Source: Terriglobia bacterium
GTDB lineage: Bacteria; Acidobacteriota; Terriglobia; 20CM-2-55-15
Length of the DNA: 64,000 bases
Direction: 5' to 3'
NCBI GenBank assembly: GCA_963664115.2
Contig: CAXWPJ010000007.1
Location: 1 to 64,000, forward strand
Below the pieces are notes generated by a model. The model worked only from the letters and a program-made list of their open reading frames with translations, was not told where the DNA came from and searched no databases. A program made the position numbers and the translations under genes. Position 1 is the stretch's first letter. Each line of letters begins with the position of its first letter. Shown here piece by piece: positions 10,490 to 20,134 of this stretch.

Positions 10490-11862
10490 GTGACTTACAT
10501 GATCGAAGCCGCTATCACGGTTAAGAACTATCGTTGCTTTGAAGATTCTAAGCCAGCGACCTTCCGGATTGGGCCAGGTTTTACGTCGTTTGTCGGACCT
10601 AACAATTCTGGAAAATCCTCAGCATTGAGGATGTTCTATGAAATTCGGAACATATTTGACCAGAATGAGGCTTTGCAGGATTTGCTTCAATCGCCAAGAG
10701 ACATTAGCTTTGGCGCGCAAGGGGTTTCAGACGATCTTGAGATTTTTTGTAAGTCCAATCCCAGAGATATTCATATCGACATATCTATGCCGGCCGATGC
10801 AGACGAAAACGGCACCCCCGCATTAGATCAAGCTCAGATAGTGATCAAGCGCGACGGCGAACATGTTTTCTGGAAGCTAGAGAATTCTTGGGCTCGTGAG
10901 AAAGGGGAGGGTTTCGGAATAGTTGACCAGGCCTTTATAGATCCTAGTGGGCGGCCGCTTGTGAAGTTTGCTGGTTTTCTTGATTTATTTCGATGCCTAA
11001 AAGGCGCTCTGTACGTTGGGCCGTTCAGGAACGCGACAACCGAGGCGAGTGGTGACTACTACGATATCTCGATCGGGACCGACTTCGTCAATACTTGGGA
11101 TGCATGGAAAAACGGAGGACAGCTCGACCGAAGCGAGCGCATGCAGAAGGTTTCCAGCGACATCGAAAGAATCTTTGGACTAAAGCGTCTCGAGATCAAT
11201 ACATCCAATCCTCTCAAGACGTTGCTGTTGGTGGTAGATGGCGCTTCCTACAAGCTGAAAGAACTAGGTGCTGGTATGGCGCAATTCATTGTCGTACTTG
11301 CTAATGCCGCAATCAAGCAGCCGAGTATGATCTTGATTGACGAACCGGAATTGAACCTGCACCCGAGCTTGCAGCTAGATTTTCTGACAACTCTGGCGAG
11401 CTACACGACCGAAGGTATTGTTGTCTTCGCAACTCACTCGATTGGCTTGGCCCGAGCCGCATCAGAAAGAATCCATTCGTTAAAGAGAGAGAACGGTCAT
11501 GTGGTAGTGACGCCGTTCGAGCAGACACCGAACTACGCTGAGTTTGCCGGCGAGATGGGGTATTCAGGGTTCAAGGAAATCGGATGTGAGCAGATTCTTT
11601 TGGTAGAGGGTCCGACGGACATTAAGACCGTACAGCAGTTCCTTCGGAAGTACGGACTTGATCACAAAATTGTACTGATTCAGCTCGGCGGCCGCTCAAT
11701 GATAAACGGCAAAGTTCAGCATGAGCTGGCAGAGTTGAAGCGAATCACAGACCAAGTGGCGGTTCTCATAGATAGCGAACGCGTCAAGGACGGTGGGCCC
11801 GTCTCGGCTGAACGAAAGGCTTTTGTTGCCCTCTGTAAGAAGCTGGGTTTCAAAGTGTGTGT
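10490..11862 (+). pseudogene. OLD-like AAA(ABC) ATPase-TOPRIM nuclease, N-terminal part, IS-interrupted
   Basis: GPNNSGKS Walker A, LIDEPELNLHP Walker B, ATHS; LLVEGPTD and LIDSE TOPRIM motifs. Confidence 0.8.
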
Positions 11863-11921
11863 TGTACGTCGTCAGAATAATTCGGACAAAAAGACCATTT
11901 AGCTAAGAGACGGTTTTGAAG

Positions 11922-12905
11922 TTATACCACTCCAATCCTAAGGTTCTCGATTTTGCGTCGAGCCAGCGTTTTTCTTTTGATCTGGTCACGACGTGCAAGG
12001 ATCTGCTGATCCCTCCCGAAGAACACGTCAGCCGGTGTCACGTTGTTCAGAGATTCGTGATACCGATGGTGGTTGTAGTGTTCGACCCATTGCGCGATCG
12101 CCTGCTCAAGTTCCCACGGATAATAGTAGTGTTCCAACTTGACCACGTTCTTCATCGAACGGTGATAGCGTTCGATCTTGCCCTGTGTCATCGGGTGATA
12201 GGGCGCACCCCGGGTGTGTTCCATACCACGACGTTGTAAATAGTCTTTGAGTTCGTGCGATACGTAGCAGGGGCCGTTGTCGCTCAACAATCGCGGTCGG
12301 TGCCGGACTTGTACTTGTCCGACATCTGTCGCCTGTAGTGCAACGTCCAGCGTGTCCTGAACGTCAGATGCGGCCATGGTTTGAAAGAGCTTCCAGGCGA
12401 TGATGTAGCGAGAGTAATCGTCCAGCACGGTCGACAGGTAGTACCAACCCCAACCGACGACCCTGAAGTAAGTGAAATCAGTTTGCCAGAGTTCGTTCAC
12501 ACGCCGGGTTGGCTGCTGGAAGTGATCGCTGGCCGTCATCACGATGTATGCGGGACTGGTGATCAGGTCGCATCTCTTCAGAATCCGATACACGCTGGAT
12601 TCGGAGATGAAGTAGTCCTGGGTGTCGGTGATCTGCCAGGCCAGTTCCCGCGGTGAGGCTTCCGGGTGGTTCAACGCGGTTTCGACCACCTGTTCCCGCA
12701 CCGGTCCCGGAATCCGGTTCCAGCAGAAGCCGGGGCCGGAATGCCGATCTAACAAGCCGGCTGCGCCACGCTCTTTGTATCGTCGATACCAACCGTAGAA
12801 CGTGCTGCGGGGGACGCCCAGCTCCCGGAGGGTCGCTGTCACCGACAACTCCGAGTCTTCCACCACTCGGATCGTCTCCAGCTTCTCAGATCCCGATTGC
12901 CTCAT
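11922..12905 (-). CDS. Transposase OrfB (DDE)
   Basis: WQTDFT, LSDNG, TQGKIERYHRSMK; probably reached by frameshift at the A7 run near 12940. Confidence 0.88.
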   Translation of the reverse strand: MRQSGSEKLETIRVVEDSELSVTATLRELGVPRSTFYGWYRRYKERGAAGLLDRHSGPGFCWNRIPGPVREQVVETALNHPEASPRELAWQITDTQDYFISESSVYRILKRCDLITSPAYIVMTASDHFQQPTRRVNELWQTDFTYFRVVGWGWYYLSTVLDDYSRYIIAWKLFQTMAASDVQDTLDVALQATDVGQVQVRHRPRLLSDNGPCYVSHELKDYLQRRGMEHTRGAPYHPMTQGKIERYHRSMKNVVKLEHYYYPWELEQAIAQWVEHYNHHRYHESLNNVTPADVFFGRDQQILARRDQIKRKTLARRKIENLRIGVV

Positions 12906-13267
12906 ATATCGATGCTCTCGGAGTCCGTTACGTTCAACGTTTTTTTCAGAAAACGATTCTTTAGCAGTATTTCGGCCACGACCTGCTTCAACTGATCGTT
13001 TTCCTGCCGCAACTCGGTGACTTCGCTCGATGTCGCTTCCCGCTTCGTGTCCCCAGCCAGCCGTTTCTTCCCCGCCTCCAGGAAGTCCTTGCTCCACCGG
13101 TAATACAGATTTGACGGAATCCCTTCGCGTCGGCACAGTTCTGCGATGCTCTCTTCGCCTCGCAACCCTTCCAACACGATCCGCACTTTCTCCTCAGACG
13201 AGTACTTCTTGCGCGTCTTTCGACGAATCTCTCGTACCCGATTCTCTGCCGACACTTTCTCACTCAT
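12902..13267 (-). CDS. Transposase OrfA (HTH)
   Basis: RKKYSSEEKVRIVLEGLRGEESIAELCRREGI. Confidence 0.9.
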   Translation of the reverse strand: MSEKVSAENRVREIRRKTRKKYSSEEKVRIVLEGLRGEESIAELCRREGIPSNLYYRWSKDFLEAGKKRLAGDTKREATSSEVTELRQENDQLKQVVAEILLKNRFLKKTLNVTDSESIDI

Positions 13268-13352
13268 TCGATCCTCCTTCAGATCGTTCTGATTAGAAAA
13301 GTGTCTCTTAGTTTTTTAGGGTATTTCGTACGAAATGCTCTGACGGGCTACA

Positions 13353-13567
13353 GTCGGGCTACCGAAAACTACCTGACTGAGAGTGCCGTGAAGAGAGTCA
13401 AGGGTCAGGGGTATCGAGGCCTCGAACCGTTTGAGCTTTTGAGAGATGTTAAGCCAGCGTGGAACAAGGCCGATAATTGGAGAATTGCTGCTGAGATGTC
13501 ACTTGACGACCTTCAGGAAACGGATCTCGACCCATTCTTTAATTCACTGAAAACGAATCACTCATAA
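13353..13567 (+). pseudogene. C-terminal remainder of the AAA-TOPRIM nuclease
   Basis: RATENYLT matches the TOPRIM-OLD 'ENY' motif and resumes directly after the IS end. Confidence 0.7.
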
Positions 13568-13603
13568 GGCGCGTTTAGGGCCGTGAACCGCCGGCCACAC
13601 TTC

Positions 13604-14104
13604 TTACACGCCCAAAGATCCTCCCCAACTATACAACCAAGGTTCGTCATCTCGCCAGCCCCAGCCCCGGCTCCAGACACAGCCGCCCAGAACTTGTCGA
13701 GTAGGTCGGGGTTTGCTGCGTGTCTGCTTGAGAGCTGCCTCGAACTCGGTCTTGAATTGTGCGTCGTGTTCGGCCTTCGACATTGCGTTCAGCTCGTCTC
13801 TGACGCGTTTCTGTTCGGCGACGAAGTCTGACCAAGGTATTGGGTCGTTCTCAAGCCACACCAGGACCTCGTCGACGTGAATGGTTTCCAGGGCGGTGTC
13901 GCGCAGAGCCTGGGCCTGGTCGGCGGTGATCGGGTCATCAAGGAGTGAGCGCAGGTGTTCCTCTCGCCAGTCGAACCACGACGGGATGATGAACAGGGTG
14001 TCACGCTTGTTGCATGCGGACTTGAACAGAACGAGGGCGTTGTCTACGGACAGGCCGGGGGTGAGGAGATCGAGGCCGTAATCGGTGATTCGAGAGTCCA
14101 TCAA
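13604..14104 (-). CDS. Hypothetical protein
   Basis: 166-aa ORF overlapping the upstream stop (ATGA), with an SD GGAGG. Confidence 0.65.
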   Translation of the reverse strand: MMDSRITDYGLDLLTPGLSVDNALVLFKSACNKRDTLFIIPSWFDWREEHLRSLLDDPITADQAQALRDTALETIHVDEVLVWLENDPIPWSDFVAEQKRVRDELNAMSKAEHDAQFKTEFEAALKQTRSKPRPTRQVLGGCVWSRGWGWRDDEPWLYSWGGSLGV

Positions 14105-14727
14105 GACAGCCCTCCTATGAATTCACAGAGCTGAGTGAAAGCCCTGTGCTTGTCCACCGGTTGTCGCGCGATTGCAGCCAGATAGTCCGACAGCGGGGTG
14201 TCGTTCCGACGGTCGAACCCGAACGCGTCGAGGTTCGACGCGACGATCTGGTGCGCCCACATCGAGAGTGCTTTGATCCCGCCGACCGTACCGGCCCATC
14301 CCCTGGCAAATTCGTCGACTTTAGCTTTGTCCGTTATCTCGTCGATTGTTAGACCAGCACCGGCGTGCAGCGAGTGCCTTCCGATCGGTATCAGGTACGC
14401 CTGGTGCTGGTTGTTGAAGCCAACCACGTTCGTCACGCAGTCTCCGCAGAACCACAACGCCCATCTCGAACCACTGCTCAGCAATTCGAGGCCGCAGCAA
14501 TAACAGGACTCGATGGTGGTGTTGAAATCGAAGCCCGGCCAGGTTCTTGCGCGCGTTCCCGATTTTCTGTCGCAGTCGCACTTCTGTCGGTGGCCGCCCG
14601 AGCCGTCATCCAGATATCGCCACGGGCCTTTGATTTCGCAGCACGTCGAGCAGATCGACATTCCGGAGTAGTCGACATCGGTCGGGGCGTTGTTTTCAGT
14701 TACTCCGTAGACTCTTATTTTCGGCAT
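14101..14727 (-). CDS. Cys-rich hypothetical protein (possible Zn-binding)
   Basis: Strong SD AGGAGG before ATG 14727; CxxCC, CxC, CxCC and CxxC motifs. Confidence 0.7.
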   Translation of the reverse strand: MPKIRVYGVTENNAPTDVDYSGMSICSTCCEIKGPWRYLDDGSGGHRQKCDCDRKSGTRARTWPGFDFNTTIESCYCCGLELLSSGSRWALWFCGDCVTNVVGFNNQHQAYLIPIGRHSLHAGAGLTIDEITDKAKVDEFARGWAGTVGGIKALSMWAHQIVASNLDAFGFDRRNDTPLSDYLAAIARQPVDKHRAFTQLCEFIGGLS

Positions 14728-14763
14728 CGTTACCTCCTGGGCTAGTTCGAAAAGAATCGACAC

Positions 14764-14929
14764 GCACCAGGAGGGCGAAAATACGAACGCCCTGCACAGA
14801 GCAGGGCGAAGGTTGGTGTTGGAGAGTTGTTTCGAGTCGTCTCGCACATCTGACGCTTTCGGCGTCAAAGGCACCGTATCTCTCCGTACCGGTTGCCGGG
14901 TTCGGCCGCGACCGAACCACTCCTGATGC
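14764..14929 (-). ncRNA. Candidate structured RNA or leader with multiple hairpins
   Basis: 10-bp closing helix with four internal hairpins; G-U pairs favour the minus strand; TTGACC-N18-TCTAAT promoter upstream. Confidence 0.55.
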
Positions 14930-14989
14930 TAATGACTATTAGAAGGTGGAAAGTGCTGGTCGGTCAAGGGGTTTCAAGCGGATACAGTG

Positions 14990-15385
14990 TCATTCCAAAC
15001 ATGGAAACGCCTGCCCAAGGGCCACGGCGATGGTAATCGGAATTCTGTCGTGAAGTGTTTCGGGATGGTCATCGGCAAACCTGACGTAGATTTTTACCAT
15101 TTGTGAAATCGAGATGCCGTTTGGCAGACAGAATAGACTTTCGCCAAGAGTTAGCTGAGAAATAAAGTTGGCATCCAGAATTGCGGCAAAGAAGCCAGTG
15201 CAGTAGCCAATATCATACTGATTCTCAGCAAATACCTCGCGCCGATCCTCTCGCAGTACCGCCGCCTCTGCGACCAAAACAGGTTCACACTGCCGAACGA
15301 GTTCTTCCGTTTTGTCCTCTTGGGCCCGTGCCAGGTGAGGACACAGGATCACTATCAGGCCAACCCACAAAAAAGTTCGTGACAT
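14990..15385 (-). CDS. Secreted Rap1a/Tai-like immunity-family protein
   Basis: Signal peptide (ARA|Q); pattern L..QC...GYCTGF...FCLPNG....QMVKIY.RF...HPE.LH...AFPC. Confidence 0.7.
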   Translation of the reverse strand: MSRTFLWVGLIVILCPHLARAQEDKTEELVRQCEPVLVAEAAVLREDRREVFAENQYDIGYCTGFFAAILDANFISQLTLGESLFCLPNGISISQMVKIYVRFADDHPETLHDRIPITIAVALGQAFPCLE

Positions 15386-15512
15386 CGTTACCCCCAAACT
15401 ATTCCTCATGACGCTTCTCGCAGCCCGATCAATACTTGTACGCATGTCCGTAGAAAGGTGGTCATATAGTACCGCGGTCAACTAACGCAGTCACGGTCAA
15501 TCATCGGTCATC

Positions 15513-15728
15513 ATGACCGACAAGAAGCTGATGCGGCTCGTGGGCCAGCGTCTGCGCCAGCTCCGTACGGAGCGCGACATGACGCAAGAGGACATGACTG
15601 ATTTCGGCTTTGATTATCGGTACTACCAGCGGATAGAGAGCGGTGAGCGGAATGTGACCCTAAAGACGCTTAACAAGCTGGCGAGTGCGTTTAAAGTACC
15701 GATCAAGAATCTCTTCCCATACGAATAA
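15513..15728 (+). CDS. XRE-family HTH regulator (C-protein-like)
   Basis: GQRLRQLR...MTQED...IESGERNVTLKTLNKLA. Confidence 0.88.
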   Translation: MTDKKLMRLVGQRLRQLRTERDMTQEDMTDFGFDYRYYQRIESGERNVTLKTLNKLASAFKVPIKNLFPYE

Positions 15729-15757
15729 CTTACCTGCAATCATAGGTCCCGATACTT

Positions 15758-16801
15758 ATGTCGAATGATCGCACCAACGCCGTACGAGACGGCCTGTTCG
15801 CGCTGGATTCCTTGCTCGACCAACAACTCAACGAATCTCGTAATCATCCCGCCGCGATTCCCGTCAAAGAATTCGCGTTCGACCAAAGACGGAAGGCTCT
15901 GGACCAACGCGTCGACGAATGGGCGTCTCGTCTCGAATCGTGGGCTCAGGACGCCTTCCAGCAGTACATGGATTTGATGATCTCAAACCCCAATGAGATC
16001 GGCCTGGATCCTGTCGGCAAAGCGGAAACAAGGCTGAGGGTTTTTTTGGAACCTCGTCTGGGACACGCCCTGATCGGGGAGTCGGGATCTTCAGGTTCGG
16101 ACGAAAACGTAGTCGATTTCATGACCGGCGGCGAGTTCGCTCATAAGAACGTCATCGCCTGGGTCGCTGATGTGATCTCCGATCGTTGGGTTTCGTTGTT
16201 CTGGAAGGACCCGAACTATCCATTGGAAATCGACGAAGGAGCTGCACAGAACTGGCAAGCGCCTGTATGGATGAGATCAGCATTGATCTCGGACGGTGAA
16301 GCCATTGACGATCCTGATGGCCTATTGAGCGCAGACGACACACGCAGAGAACTGGCTACGATTCACAATCATTTGTGGGCTTCCATAGAGGAAGGGATAA
16401 GGAGTGGGCGAAGGGCTGCTCAGATTCGTGTGGCGTCTAAACCTGTCTTCTCACCTGTCCAAATGGAACCCCTCCCGGCCGAGGTGGCGACTCCCGTCGA
16501 ATCTTCGACTGGTCAGCCCAACTCCGAGACCTTTTCACATTCCGAAGACTTCAGAATGGTCACTTTGAACGGCCAGGATTATGCGCCAACGGCGCAGGGA
16601 GCGAAAATTGTCAAGGTGCTCTACCAGGCCCACTGTGATGGAAAGCCCTATCTGGCGAGCTATACCATCATGGAGAAGATAGAGAAGCCGGGAAGCCGGC
16701 TGATAGACAGTTTTCGTAGCAATCCAGCCATGTGGAAAGCCCTCGTTCGTAAGACTTCTTCCGGGCTTTATGGCCTGAATATCCGAAATTCAGACGACTA
16801 A
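15758..16801 (+). CDS. Hypothetical protein with probable C-terminal winged-helix domain
   Basis: 347-aa ORF; the C-terminal ~85 aa has a beta-hairpin/helix/wing pattern (...GLYGLNI). Confidence 0.55.
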   Translation: MSNDRTNAVRDGLFALDSLLDQQLNESRNHPAAIPVKEFAFDQRRKALDQRVDEWASRLESWAQDAFQQYMDLMISNPNEIGLDPVGKAETRLRVFLEPRLGHALIGESGSSGSDENVVDFMTGGEFAHKNVIAWVADVISDRWVSLFWKDPNYPLEIDEGAAQNWQAPVWMRSALISDGEAIDDPDGLLSADDTRRELATIHNHLWASIEEGIRSGRRAAQIRVASKPVFSPVQMEPLPAEVATPVESSTGQPNSETFSHSEDFRMVTLNGQDYAPTAQGAKIVKVLYQAHCDGKPYLASYTIMEKIEKPGSRLIDSFRSNPAMWKALVRKTSSGLYGLNIRNSDD

Positions 16802-16808
16802 ATCCTTT

Positions 16809-16855
16809 TTACAACCTCCTTACACAACTACGACTTTCTTACACTCTTCTTACAC
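16809..16855 (+). repeat. Four TTACA(C) direct repeats in two 11-bp-spaced pairs
   Basis: TTACA at 16809, 16820, 16839 and 16850. Confidence 0.6.
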
Positions 16856-16994
16856 CCTCTAAAGACCGTATTTTCAGTGTGTTAATGAGATGATTAATTT
16901 AGCGCAAAATCAATCGTTGCGTTGAAAGTCGACTGAAGTTCGGCTTTGAACGATGAAGTCAGACGCGAGCGAAACAACGTGAAGGAGATTAGAA

Positions 16995-17267
16995 ATGATC
17001 GTGAATAGAGATAGCTATATAGGGAATTGGTCGACGTCTTCTGGAAATGATGTTGACGTCTATCTATCTCCCGAACTTGGATCCCTCGACGCTCTGTTTC
17101 AGGCCGAGTGGGAGCGAAAGCCGTCAGAGGCGGACCTGGCTGAGTACAGGACGATGATCCTTCTGGAAGCCTTCGAAAAGGCGAAGACGATTCGCCCAGA
17201 TCTGACAGATACCCCTGCTGTGGTGTTGGACTTCGGACTGACCCACTTTGAAGATCAGCGGTCCTGA
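16995..17267 (+). CDS. Hypothetical protein
   Basis: AAGGAG SD; 90 aa. Confidence 0.6.
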   Translation: MIVNRDSYIGNWSTSSGNDVDVYLSPELGSLDALFQAEWERKPSEADLAEYRTMILLEAFEKAKTIRPDLTDTPAVVLDFGLTHFEDQRS

Positions 17268-17351
17268 GTGCCGTGGCTTTCGCAGGAAAGAGTGCAAAAC
17301 CCTGTGGGCGGGTTCCGGTCTGTCCACTCAACCAAAATTGGAGGTTCTGTA

Positions 17352-19166
17352 ATGAACGACAACATTTCGTCCACGATCGAACACAAGACAAACGCCGACG
17401 GCCAGAAGGACGGCTTTGAAACCACCGGCAGCTCGCCGCCAGACTCCGAAAAGGTGACTCTGGTTCCTGAACGTCCTGAGAGCGATGAGCAAAAGTCCGA
17501 CGACAAGAACACAGCTAAGAAATCCAAGAAAAAGTCGATCGACGGAGAAGACGACGAGGAGAAAACGCCGGATCGTTTGGCGCAACGGGTTTTGAATGAA
17601 ATCCATCAGAGGAACGGCCGTATCTTGCGTCTGGATGGGGATCTGTACGTGGTTCAGGAGCGTCCTGACGGCAGCGAGTTCCGGTATGCGTTGCGACCCG
17701 GAAATCTCGACCTGGACCGTGTTCTTCACGGGGTCACGGGACTTACCCATTCCCAGCAAAAAGCGAAATTCGTGATCGATCGTCTGCGATTGCTGGGGGC
17801 CAGCGACGCAGAGAAAGTGAACTACGGTCATTTCGCGCTCTATCTACAGAACGAACCAAAGATCAGCACGACGCCTACTGTGATTACTTCGACTGGTACC
17901 GCCGTATTGAGGATACGGTCTGGCAAAGTCGAGCGCGTCGGATTCTCTAGCCAGGGGCGGTACTACGTGGAGCCGGTCGGCCTGCCGTGGAAATATAGCA
18001 AGCTCGACTCTGATTACAAGAAGTACACCGCAACGATGTTTCTGAGACTGTTCAGCGATTACCAGCAGCGCTTGAGTGAGGGTCGCGTTGGTTTGGCGTT
18101 GGCTCTGGCGCTCTTGCCGTTTATCCGGGAACGACTCGACATGCGCCCGATATTTCAGTTCGCGGGTGCCCAGGGCTCGGGCAAGAGCTATACAGCCGAC
18201 CGATTTGGACGGTTGTTGTACGGCAAACCATCATTGGAGTCAGCGACTCAGGCCGCGCTCCGAAGGAGCGTCGAGCCTCTAGTTCTGCTCGATGACATCG
18301 AGAGGCCACCACAATGGCTCCGTGACCATCTTCGGCGATCGTCGACAGGGACAAGGCATCGGACTGTGGGACGGGCCGAGACGGGGTTTGAGGTCGAGGA
18401 CTCTGGTCCGGTGAACTCGATCTACGTTCTGACGGCGATTCGCATCCCGACCGATCCGCCGCTCCTGTCCAGGACCTGGCTCTTCAACTTCGACAAGAAC
18501 TACGGCCACCCAGAATTTCCAGGTGAGGATACTGTGAAGACCGAGATCGATCTTCTGAGGGCGAGCTTTCTCAGTTTGCTCTTGGACGTGCTGGCGTCTG
18601 CTCTCCAGATCGAGCAGGAGGACGGCTTGCCTGTTCTGACTGAATACGGGCGACTGCCGAACGAACGCACCAGTATGGCCCAGAAATTTGTCCTGTTGTT
18701 TTTGCGCGCGTTCGATCGGGTTGCTCCCGGGATCATCGAACCGGAAAACGAGTTCCAGGGCTTTCTCGCAGCTCTGAGAGCACAGGAAGAGTCAACCCTG
18801 GGGCAGACGACCATCGAGTTGACACTGCTGGCCGAGGTGATCGAGGGGATTCTCTGCGAACGCCCAGGCATATTGGGCCAACCCACAGGCAGTCCGATTG
18901 TCCGTGATGACGATTCGGTCGAGGTCTCTTCAGAGCGGCTGTCTCTGCTTCTTCTGGACGCGGCACGTCGGTACGGCGTTAGGTTGAAGTTTGATATGAA
19001 CGCTGTCAATACCGGGAAGTGGATAGCGTCTGAGGTCGCGAGCTCAACGGAATTTACAGTCGAAGCCGGATCGAGGGGCAGCGGCAACAGCAAGCGGAAA
19101 GTTTGGAGAATCAAGCTGAAAGGGCAAGACGCAGACGATCCTGCCCAGGACCTGACCCAGCCATAA
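17352..19166 (+). CDS. Putative replication ATPase/helicase of a mobile element
   Basis: GGAGG SD; Walker A GAQGSGKS, Walker B LVLLDD; located in an integrase/excisionase module. Confidence 0.65.
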   Translation: MNDNISSTIEHKTNADGQKDGFETTGSSPPDSEKVTLVPERPESDEQKSDDKNTAKKSKKKSIDGEDDEEKTPDRLAQRVLNEIHQRNGRILRLDGDLYVVQERPDGSEFRYALRPGNLDLDRVLHGVTGLTHSQQKAKFVIDRLRLLGASDAEKVNYGHFALYLQNEPKISTTPTVITSTGTAVLRIRSGKVERVGFSSQGRYYVEPVGLPWKYSKLDSDYKKYTATMFLRLFSDYQQRLSEGRVGLALALALLPFIRERLDMRPIFQFAGAQGSGKSYTADRFGRLLYGKPSLESATQAALRRSVEPLVLLDDIERPPQWLRDHLRRSSTGTRHRTVGRAETGFEVEDSGPVNSIYVLTAIRIPTDPPLLSRTWLFNFDKNYGHPEFPGEDTVKTEIDLLRASFLSLLLDVLASALQIEQEDGLPVLTEYGRLPNERTSMAQKFVLLFLRAFDRVAPGIIEPENEFQGFLAALRAQEESTLGQTTIELTLLAEVIEGILCERPGILGQPTGSPIVRDDDSVEVSSERLSLLLLDAARRYGVRLKFDMNAVNTGKWIASEVASSTEFTVEAGSRGSGNSKRKVWRIKLKGQDADDPAQDLTQP

Positions 19167-19192
19167 CGCTGAACTGTAAGAGTCTCTGGTAG

Positions 19193-19312
19193 TGGGTAGG
19201 ATGGGTAGGTTTAGAGAGATATAGATATAGAAAGAAGAAGGACGTTCGTGTCGTAGGTCATCTAAGGACAGTGACCATATCTCTCAGCCGAAAATCCTAC
19301 CCATCTTGCCCG
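19193..19312. repeat. Inverted pair of tandem 9-mers (TGGGTAGGA)2 around a purine/AT-rich core; candidate origin
   Basis: TGGGTAGGATGGGTAGG at 19193-19209 versus CCTACCCATCTTGCCCG at 19296-19312. Confidence 0.5.
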
Positions 19313-19634
19313 TTCGTCTAAGCCGTTCGAGTTTAGCTACTTGAAAGGGCAGGTCAAGTGACCGAAGAGCATACCCAAGGGGGTACGTTTACGGGCCGGG
19401 AGCGAAGCAGCGACATGGGACCCAAATTCGAGACCGAGACGCGCGCACGTATAAAAAGGGACGGTGAAGTCCAGGAGTCCCTTGCGTGGCGCCTGGGGGG
19501 CTTGCGGTCGGATCGATTCGAAGGCCAATGATGATCAGAAGCGGCATCAGCCGAGCGCTGGCGCCTAAACATTAACAATCCGTCGTGATTTAAAAAGCAA
19601 CTTGCCGCGACGTAAAAGACGAGGCTAAAAAGCT

Positions 19635-19874
19635 ATGACAGCAACAATTAGAACGATCGACAAGAGGCTTGCGAAAGCCAAAGAGGTTTCAAAGCTGCTC
19701 AATGTTGCCGTGAGCACGGTCTATGAGTGGGCGCGCATGGACTTCATTCCTCATATAAACATTGGCACAGGAAAAAAGAAGCCCTGCGTTCGGTTTGATG
19801 CCGACGAAGTCAGGGAATGGATGGAGGCGCGCAAAAGGCAGGGTAGGACTACCCGGCTGCCTCTACAGAATTAA
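19635..19874 (+). CDS. AlpA/excisionase-like HTH protein
   Basis: AKEVSKLLNVAVSTVYEWA...IPHI...VRFDADEVREW. Confidence 0.85.
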   Translation: MTATIRTIDKRLAKAKEVSKLLNVAVSTVYEWARMDFIPHINIGTGKKKPCVRFDADEVREWMEARKRQGRTTRLPLQN

Positions 19875-19894
19875 CTAGACTATACGAAACGTAT

Positions 19895-20116
19895 ATGTAT
19901 ACTGTTTGTATATTGAGTAAGCATCGACAGATCGTCAAAGGCTCGCCCAGACGGATCAAGCGACTGCGCCTGGAACTCGGGGTGAGCCAGGCACGGCTTG
20001 CAGCCAAGCTCGGCGTGGCGACCAACACCGTGGCTCGCTGGGAGCGCGGTGATCTGAAACCACCGAAGGTAGTCGAGTTGGCCGTCGAGTGCTTGCTCCT
20101 CAAATCTGAACAGTAG
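19895..20116 (+). CDS. XRE-family HTH protein
   Basis: IKRLRLELGVSQARLAAKLGVATNTVARWERG; start uncertain. Confidence 0.75.
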   Translation: MYTVCILSKHRQIVKGSPRRIKRLRLELGVSQARLAAKLGVATNTVARWERGDLKPPKVVELAVECLLLKSEQ

Positions 20117-20134
20117 CAGAAAGGAGGTAGATGA

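Larger units (their letters stand above)
11863..13352 (-). mobile_element. IS3/IS481-type insertion sequence
   Basis: IRs TGTACGTCGTCAGAATAATTCGGAC / rc TGTAGCCCGTCAGAGCATTTCGTAC; orfA/orfB; no clean target duplication. Confidence 0.88.

Noticed and set aside
14764-14929. Retron msr-msd interpretation
   Set aside because: No reverse transcriptase is present in the window
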